Source of the DNA: Vulcanimicrobiota bacterium
GTDB taxonomy: Bacteria > Vulcanimicrobiota > Xenobia > Xenobiales > JADMJV01
NCBI GenBank assembly: GCA_050250895.1
Contig: JBFWNU010000001.1
Coordinates: forward strand, 3,108,891 to 3,172,890
Direction: 5' to 3'
Length of the DNA: 64,000 nucleotides
Position numbers and translations under genes: made by a program. Of this stretch, positions 57,952 through 64,000 are shown in pieces. Numbering within the stretch: the stretch's first letter is position 1; each line of letters starts with the position of its first letter. The notes under the pieces were generated by a model, which was not told the DNA's origin, did not search any database, and was given only the letters and a program-made list of their open reading frames with translations.

Positions 57952-59318
57952 ATCTCGCTCCTTTCTTGCTTCTGGCCGAGACCGGCGAACACGCGCTGCC
58001 TCTTTCCCTGCCCTGGGCCTTTCTGCTCATCGCTTTTCTGTTACTACTCAACGGCTATTTCGTAGCTCTCGAGTTCGCCCTGGTGGCGGTGCGCAAGACG
58101 CGCATCGACCAGATGGTGCGCGAGGGCGTGCGGGGCGCGGCTTCGGTCAAAAGAGGCAAGGAGAAGGTCGACGACTTTGTAGCCACCGCCCAGCTCGGGA
58201 TCACGGTGGCCAGCCTGGCCATCGGTCGCTTGATCGAGCCAGCGGTGGTAGCCGTCATTCAAAAGCCGTTTCACGACCATCTCGGGATCGAGATCACCGG
58301 CCGGGGCGGGCTGGGCTTCGCTTTGGGGCTGGGCATCGGCACCATACTCCACGTTGTCCTGGGTGAGCAGGTGCCCAAAATGCTGGCCATTCAGCAGCCC
58401 ACGCGCCTGGCTCTATGGTTGGCGCCGCCGGCCGAGATTCTCCTGACCATCTGCCGACCTTTCGTCTGGTTTCTGTCGGCCTTGACCCACATCAGCCTCA
58501 AGCCATTCGGCGTCCAGGCCGATGGGGGTCATCACGACGGGCCTCCTCACTCAGAGGAAGAAATCCGCGATATTCTCACCCGCCGGCTGCAGGCCGGGCT
58601 GGCCGAAGAGGCCGAGAACGAGATGATCGCCCGGGTTTTCAACTTCTTCGACATGTCGGCCACCCAGATCATGATTCCCCGTACCGAGATGGTCTTCGTG
58701 CCCGGCAGCGCCAATGTTCGCGAGGTCATGCAGATCGCCTCGGAAGAAGGCCACGACCGCTACCCGGTCTATGGAGAGAATATCGACGAGATCGTGGGGA
58801 TCCTGCTCCTCAAAGACCTCGTGAGCTTCATCGCCGAAGACCCCGATTCTTTGGACCGTCCCATCGACAACCTGTTGCGCGAGGCCCTCTGCGTGCCGGG
58901 TAGCGTGTCGGGTTCGGCTTTGATGACACAGATGCGCGAGCAACACACTCGCCTGGCCATCGTGCTCGACGAATACGGCGGCACAGCTGGAATGGTCACG
59001 CTCGGCGATGTGCTCGAGCGGATCGTGGGCGAGGTCGATGAGGAGACCGAAGAACTGGAGATGGAGGACGTGGTCGAACTCGCTCCCAATCTCTATTCGG
59101 TGTCGGGCCTTCTGCTCACCGAGGACATCGAGGAACTTTTCGAGTCAAAGATCGAAGACGAGCACAACGACACCATCGGCGGAGTAGTCTTTAGCCAACT
59201 GGGGCGCCGTCCCGAGGTGGGCGACGAAGTACGTTTGAACGGGCTGGTGTTTCGCGTCGAGCGCCTCGACGGTCTGCGCATCGACCGTCTGCGCGTGCGG
59301 CTGGAGCCCGACGAGTAG
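57948..59318 (+). CDS. Hemolysin-family CNNM/CBS/CorC protein (Mg/Co transport)
   Basis: NGYFVALEFA, QLGITVASL, GEQVPK, CBS pair, DEYGGTAG, CorC_HlyC domain. Confidence 0.93.
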   Translation: MNLAPFLLLAETGEHALPLSLPWAFLLIAFLLLLNGYFVALEFALVAVRKTRIDQMVREGVRGAASVKRGKEKVDDFVATAQLGITVASLAIGRLIEPAVVAVIQKPFHDHLGIEITGRGGLGFALGLGIGTILHVVLGEQVPKMLAIQQPTRLALWLAPPAEILLTICRPFVWFLSALTHISLKPFGVQADGGHHDGPPHSEEEIRDILTRRLQAGLAEEAENEMIARVFNFFDMSATQIMIPRTEMVFVPGSANVREVMQIASEEGHDRYPVYGENIDEIVGILLLKDLVSFIAEDPDSLDRPIDNLLREALCVPGSVSGSALMTQMREQHTRLAIVLDEYGGTAGMVTLGDVLERIVGEVDEETEELEMEDVVELAPNLYSVSGLLLTEDIEELFESKIEDEHNDTIGGVVFSQLGRRPEVGDEVRLNGLVFRVERLDGLRIDRLRVRLEPDE

Positions 59319-59422
59319 TCAGACGGTAGTCGGCGTTGCCGGCAATATGTGAGGGAAGCGCAACGCAGCCACAGGGGATGGAGCAGCGCCCCGAATGCAC
59401 GAGGGATTTCCTGACAGGCCCC

Positions 59423-59806
59423 TTAGTAGTGGGTACAGTACATGCGGTGCTGCTGGCAGTAGTAGGGCGGGTTGTTGCAGCCGGGCTGGCGTCCGTGCCG
59501 ACCGCGCGAGTTGTAGTTGCGGTTGTCACAACGGGGGTCGTAGTAGCCCTGGTTATAGTAACCTTGATTATAATAGCCCTGGTTATAATAGCCCTGGTTG
59601 TAGTATCCGCGGTTGCGATAGTAGGGTTGATGGTTGCAGTAGCGATTGTGGGCGCCGCACCAGTAGCCGCCGCGGTTGCCACCCACCGAGATGGTCACGC
59701 TGGGGCCGTTGCAACCCCCGCCGCCGATACTGATACCGATACCCGGGCCGGCCCAGGCGGCCGAAGTCAGAAAAACAAAAGTTGTAATTGCAAGAATCCA
59801 TCGCAT
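59423..59806 (-). CDS. Small secreted protein with NQGYY repeats and Cys/His motifs
   Basis: Signal peptide ending AWA; NQGYY x4; two CxxHxxxCxH motifs. Confidence 0.75.
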   Translation of the reverse strand: MRWILAITTFVFLTSAAWAGPGIGISIGGGGCNGPSVTISVGGNRGGYWCGAHNRYCNHQPYYRNRGYYNQGYYNQGYYNQGYYNQGYYDPRCDNRNYNSRGRHGRQPGCNNPPYYCQQHRMYCTHY

Positions 59807-59918
59807 AGTGCCCCCAACATACCCGGCGGCCGGCGGCGCAAATCCTAACAAATCGTAAACTCCGCGGCGTCGGCACCAACCGATGCTTTGAAAAATCACG
59901 GTTTGGCTTCGGCCGCCC

Positions 59919-59949
59919 AAATAAAAAAGCCACCCCGAAGGGTGGCTTC
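59919..59949 (-). terminator. Intrinsic terminator of nrdJ
   Basis: AAGCCACCC-TTCG-GGGTGGCTT followed by a T-tract. Confidence 0.9.
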
Positions 59950-59962
59950 GAAGCCGAGTGGG

Positions 59963-62500
59963 CTAGCACTCGGAGTGCCCGCAGTTGTAGCAGCTTTGAC
60001 AGCCTTCGATGTAGACCAGCGAGGTGTTGCCGCAAGCGGGGCAGAGGTCGGCCATGACCGCATTCTCGGCACCGGCCGTGGGCGGTTCGACCACCTTGGC
60101 GGCCGGGGGCGCACCCGGGCTATCCTCGAGCAGATACTGCTCTTCGAGCGCCTGGGCTAGAGCATCCGGGAGAGAGCGGACACGGGAACGGCCGAAGCCC
60201 AGCGAACGAGGTCCGCCGATGCCGGACAACTGGTTGACGATCTCGTAGATACGTTCGCGAGGAGTCAGGGGGGAGCTGACCCGCAAGACCAACGAGGTCA
60301 AACGACCGAGCGCTTCCGCCATCGCCTTGATGTCGCTGCCACCTTTGCCGATGTCCACGAAGACCTCGAAAGGACGACCTTCTTCATCGTCGTTCATGGT
60401 CACGTGGGCGGTGCCGGCGGGAGTCGCCTTGGAGACCGTGGCCCCGTAGCGACGGTAAGGGCGCGGACGAACCTTGGGCTGAGGCGTATCCAGGACCTTA
60501 GCCTTGGGCTCTTCCTTTTTCTCCTCCACATCTTCTTTGAGATGTAGAACCTGCTCATCACGCGACTTGTCACGATAGATGGTGCCGCCCTTGCAACCCA
60601 GCCGATACATCAGCTCGTAGAGTTCGCGCGTCTGCTCTACGGTGTAGGTCGACGGGCAGTTGCAGGTTTTGGAGATGGCCGAGTCCACCCAACGCTGGGT
60701 CGCGGCCTGAGCGCGGACATGCTCCTCGGGAGTCAGGTCCATGGCGCTCACGAAGTAGTCGGGCAGCTCCTGGCCAGGATGCTCGCCCTGCCACTCCTCG
60801 AGAACTTTGACTTTCTCTTCATGCATACCCAGACGGCTCTTGCGGAAGTAGCTCCAGAAGTAGAACGGCTCGATACCGGTCGAAGTACCGACCATCGTGC
60901 CCACGGTGCCGGTGGGAGCCTGGGTCAGCAGGGTGACGTTGCGGATGCCCTTCTCGCGCACGGCTGTGCGAACCCGCTGAGGCATCTTCTTCATGAAGCC
61001 GCTGTCGAGGAACTTGTCGGCTTCGAAGTAGTCAAACGAGCCCTTCTCGGCAGCGATGTCGGCCGAAGCGAGATAGGCCTCTTCGGCGATGAAAGCGTAG
61101 AGCTTGTCGATGAAATCGATCGACTCTTGCGAGCCGTAGCGCAGTTCGAGGCGAATCAACATCTCGGCCAGGCCGATGGTGCCCAGTCCGACGCGGCGTT
61201 CTTTCCGTTGTTGCTCCTCGTTCTCTTTAAAGAAGTAGGGCGTGGCGTCGATGACGTTGTCGAGGAAGCGCACTGCCGTGCGCACCGAACTGCCGAGACG
61301 ATCCCAGGTCACCTCGCCGTGGTCGACAAAGCGCGCCAGGTTGATGTGACCGAGATTGCAGACCGACCATGCCGGCAGCGGCTGCTCGCCGCACGGGTTG
61401 GTGCAGATCAGGTCGCCCTTCTCGTAATAATACGAGTTGGACAGCTTGTTGGAGCGGTCCACGAACCACATGCCGGGTTCGGCTGAAGCCCAGGCGCTCT
61501 CGGTGATCTGGTTCCAGATGTCGCGAGCGCGGACCGTCTTGTGGACTACCACCTGACCGCCCTTTTCGCGCCAGGCATTGAGGTTGCCGGTCCATTCATT
61601 GGCATACTTAGGATCGTTGGTGTCAGGGAAGACCAGTTCCCAATCGGAGTCAGAGTCGACCGCGGCCATGAAATCGTCGGTGATACCCACCGAAATGTTG
61701 GCGTTGGTGATGCGACCCATCTCGCGTTTGCTCGAGATGAACTCGAGCACATCAGGATGCCAGATATTGAGGATCAGCATCAAGGCGCCGCGGCGTGAGC
61801 CGCCTTGCTCGATCAGGCCAGTCACGAACGAGTAGAGACCGCCCCACGAGACCGAACCCGAGGACCGCCCGTTGACGCCGCGCACATAGGCGTAGCGAGG
61901 ACGCAGGGTGGAAAGGTTGATGCCGACACCGCCGCCACGACTCATGATCTCGGCCATGTGGGATAGGGTGTCGAAGATGCCGTCGCGTGAGTCGACCGGA
62001 CTGGGAATGACATAGCAGTTATAGAAGGTCAGGTTTTGATCGGTGCCGCAGGCGGTCAGGATGCGGCCGCCGGGCGTGAACTTCCAGCCCTGGAGCAGGC
62101 TGCGGAACTCTTGCTCCCACTGCTGCTGCTTTTCTGGGGTCGACTCGACCACCGCAGCGCCGCGGGCCACGCGATCCATCATCTCTTCGACGGTGGTCTC
62201 GATGGGCTTGTCTACATGCTCAAGAGCACGCTCGACCTCTTCGCCGTCGCGCAAGGTGACGGTCACCTGCTGGCCGGTAACGGTCTTGACCGAGCCGATC
62301 TCGCGTTGGCCGGTCTTGGGGTCGACCACGGCCACCACGGTGTCACCGGGCTTGAGGCTCTCTTTTTTGCCGTCCTTGAGGGCGTAACGATCAAGGAAGA
62401 TCTTTTCGCCCAGGGGCGAGAGTTCGTTGCTTTCCACCAGAGTATTTCTTTCCAGGACCCCGACGGGGCCCGGGGTTCCATTTCGACGCGATTTAGCCAA
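59963..62500 (-). CDS. nrdJ: Class II (AdoCbl-dependent) ribonucleotide reductase with TSCPD domain and Zn ribbon
   Basis: PGGRIL, NCYV, GGSRRGA, TNPCGEQ, APTGT, SAISKT, CPACG...CYNCG. Confidence 0.95.
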   Translation of the reverse strand: MAKSRRNGTPGPVGVLERNTLVESNELSPLGEKIFLDRYALKDGKKESLKPGDTVVAVVDPKTGQREIGSVKTVTGQQVTVTLRDGEEVERALEHVDKPIETTVEEMMDRVARGAAVVESTPEKQQQWEQEFRSLLQGWKFTPGGRILTACGTDQNLTFYNCYVIPSPVDSRDGIFDTLSHMAEIMSRGGGVGINLSTLRPRYAYVRGVNGRSSGSVSWGGLYSFVTGLIEQGGSRRGALMLILNIWHPDVLEFISSKREMGRITNANISVGITDDFMAAVDSDSDWELVFPDTNDPKYANEWTGNLNAWREKGGQVVVHKTVRARDIWNQITESAWASAEPGMWFVDRSNKLSNSYYYEKGDLICTNPCGEQPLPAWSVCNLGHINLARFVDHGEVTWDRLGSSVRTAVRFLDNVIDATPYFFKENEEQQRKERRVGLGTIGLAEMLIRLELRYGSQESIDFIDKLYAFIAEEAYLASADIAAEKGSFDYFEADKFLDSGFMKKMPQRVRTAVREKGIRNVTLLTQAPTGTVGTMVGTSTGIEPFYFWSYFRKSRLGMHEEKVKVLEEWQGEHPGQELPDYFVSAMDLTPEEHVRAQAATQRWVDSAISKTCNCPSTYTVEQTRELYELMYRLGCKGGTIYRDKSRDEQVLHLKEDVEEKKEEPKAKVLDTPQPKVRPRPYRRYGATVSKATPAGTAHVTMNDDEEGRPFEVFVDIGKGGSDIKAMAEALGRLTSLVLRVSSPLTPRERIYEIVNQLSGIGGPRSLGFGRSRVRSLPDALAQALEEQYLLEDSPGAPPAAKVVEPPTAGAENAVMADLCPACGNTSLVYIEGCQSCYNCGHSEC

Positions 62501-62592
62501 GACACTGCCTCCCTACGGCCGTGGGCCGTTTTAATGTTTTGGTAACGCGCGAACTAAATTCGCGCTTTGTTGGAATCATTTTCAACTTTGCT

Positions 62593-62621
62593 ATCCTAAC
62601 CTTGAATTGAAATCTTGTCAA
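62593..62621 (-). promoter_or_regulatory. nrdJ promoter
   Basis: TTGACA-17-TAGGAT. Confidence 0.75.
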
Positions 62622-62666
62622 CTACATCTGGGAGTTTGTTCAAGAGGTGGCCACTACATGTTGTGG
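62619..62666. promoter_or_regulatory. Tandem NrdR boxes
   Basis: CAACTACATCTGGGAG and CCACTACATGTTGTGG, 32 bp apart, the first overlapping the -35. Confidence 0.8.
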
Positions 62667-62827
62667 GTAGACTGTCCACAGGCATGACCGCGCAGTGGTC
62701 GGACTTGAAGTCGTCTTGTGGAAAAAGGCTCTAGTGTTTTCCAGGGTTCCCACAGGAATGTCACAAGAATTTTACTTTTTCAGGGTGTTTTAAGGGCTAG
62801 ACTCAAGCCACCAAATAGGAGGTTCCC

Positions 62828-63742
62828 ATGTTGCTCAACACCGCTCAAGTCAAGAGATTCGACTCTGCACCCAACTACAAAGTCTACCGCGGAGCGGGAG
62901 CATCTGCCCGAGAAAGCCAGGACGTCGACCAGGTGACCATCGGCACCTATAACGTCAAGAATCTCTTCGACGGCATCGATCAAGACCCTTCGCGGGGAAC
63001 GACCGAGAAGCCGGACCGCGAGCTGCGAGCCCTGGCAGCAGTGATTGCCAACTCGAAGGCTGACGTGGTGGCGCTGCAGGAAGTCGAGAACATCGATGTG
63101 CTCAACAAGTTCCTGCAGGACTTCATGCCCGAACAGTTCCAGCACGCGGTGCTGGTGGAGGGCAACGACGGCCGCGGAATCGATGTCGCGGTCATCTCAA
63201 AGTTCGACATCACCAACGTGGTTAGCCACAAGGAGAACCGTTTTCCCAAGCCCGACGGTTCGGGACAGACCGACTTCTCCAGGGATCTTTTGCGCGTAGA
63301 CCTGCAGGTAGGTCAGTACCCTCTGAGCGTCTACACCACCCACCTCAAATCAAAGCGTGGCGGCGAAGAGTCGACCGTCCAGCGGCAAGCCGAGGCCAAT
63401 GAGGTTCGGCGGATTCTAGAGCAGGAAATGGGCAACTTCGAAGGCAAGAATTTCGTGGTTACCGGAGACCTCAACGATTCACCCATGGCTAATACCACCA
63501 AAACCATTCGCGAGGGCGAGCCGGGGCATCCCAGGCTGATCGACGGTCTGGACGGCAAGCCCTGGAATCAGCGCGACACCTGGCCCTCAGATCGGCCTCG
63601 ACGCCAGATCGACTTCATCATGTTTCCCGAGCATATGGCCGACAATCTGGTCAAGCAAGAAGTTCAACATCATTCCCAGGCCTCGACTGCCTCGGACCAC
63701 ATGATGGTGGCGGCCACCTTCAATTTGCGGGATGAGGCCTAG
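62828..63742 (+). CDS. Endonuclease/exonuclease/phosphatase family protein
   Basis: TYNVKNLFD, LQEVE, HLKSK, GDLND, IDFI, SDH. Confidence 0.92.
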   Translation: MLLNTAQVKRFDSAPNYKVYRGAGASARESQDVDQVTIGTYNVKNLFDGIDQDPSRGTTEKPDRELRALAAVIANSKADVVALQEVENIDVLNKFLQDFMPEQFQHAVLVEGNDGRGIDVAVISKFDITNVVSHKENRFPKPDGSGQTDFSRDLLRVDLQVGQYPLSVYTTHLKSKRGGEESTVQRQAEANEVRRILEQEMGNFEGKNFVVTGDLNDSPMANTTKTIREGEPGHPRLIDGLDGKPWNQRDTWPSDRPRRQIDFIMFPEHMADNLVKQEVQHHSQASTASDHMMVAATFNLRDEA

Positions 63743-64000
63743 TTGCGAGCACTGGTGACGGGGGGAGCCGGGTTTATCGGCTCCCATCTGGTGGAGCGGT
63801 TGCTCGAAGAGGGTCACGACGTTCTGTGCCTGGATAACTATTTCACGGGACGTCGCCAGAATCTGCAGCATCTACTCGACCATCCGGGTCTTGAGTTGAT
63901 TCGCCACGACGTGGTCGAGCCTATCCTCTTGGAGACCGATTGGGTCTACAACCTCGCCTGCCCAGCCTCGCCGGTGCACTATCAGTTCAACCCGGTCAAG
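63743..64000 (+). CDS. UDP-glucuronate decarboxylase-like SDR (truncated by window end)
   Basis: TTG start; [35 protein letters not shown]. Confidence 0.9.
   Translation, partial: MRALVTGGAGFIGSHLVERLLEEGHDVLCLDNYFTGRRQNLQHLLDHPGLELIRHDVVEPILLETDWVYNLACPASPVHYQFNPVK

Noticed and set aside
62500-62830. Cobalamin riboswitch upstream of nrdJ, or an intein within it
   Set aside because: No B12-box seen and the leader is short; the protein has normal length and no intein motifs

Overview
GC-rich (visually about 65%) chromosomal window from a diderm bacterium (lptB/lptFG, a TpsA/TpsB pair, type IV pilin-like genes); the style is reminiscent of Eremiobacterota/Vulcanimicrobiota, but that is only an impression. 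It holds about 60 genes: a YehL/M/P/Q-like AAA+/VWA/SWIM cluster, a two-partner secretion locus, a two-component system, GH3, peptidases, a DGC and a PilZ protein, Lpt genes, hemB, arcA, a CNNM/CorC protein, nrdJ with tandem NrdR boxes, and tRNA-Met(CAT). No integrase, transposase, phage or CRISPR was seen. The most striking element is non-coding: a perfect TTGACA-16-TATAAT promoter (31581-31608, minus) drives about 1.1 kb (31575 to 30450) made of roughly 3.4 diverged 340-370 nt units. Their stems show compensatory changes, and the region ends in an intrinsic terminator, so it is a candidate undescribed modular large ncRNA. Other leads: a TpsA ending in six novel RVPDY repeat domains, a RAPP arrest-peptide-like uORF, an MgtL-like leaderless uORF before the CNNM gene, many leaderless genes, and a cohort of enzymes with FlgM-like N-terminal tails. 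All product calls come from motif recognition by eye; no database search was run.
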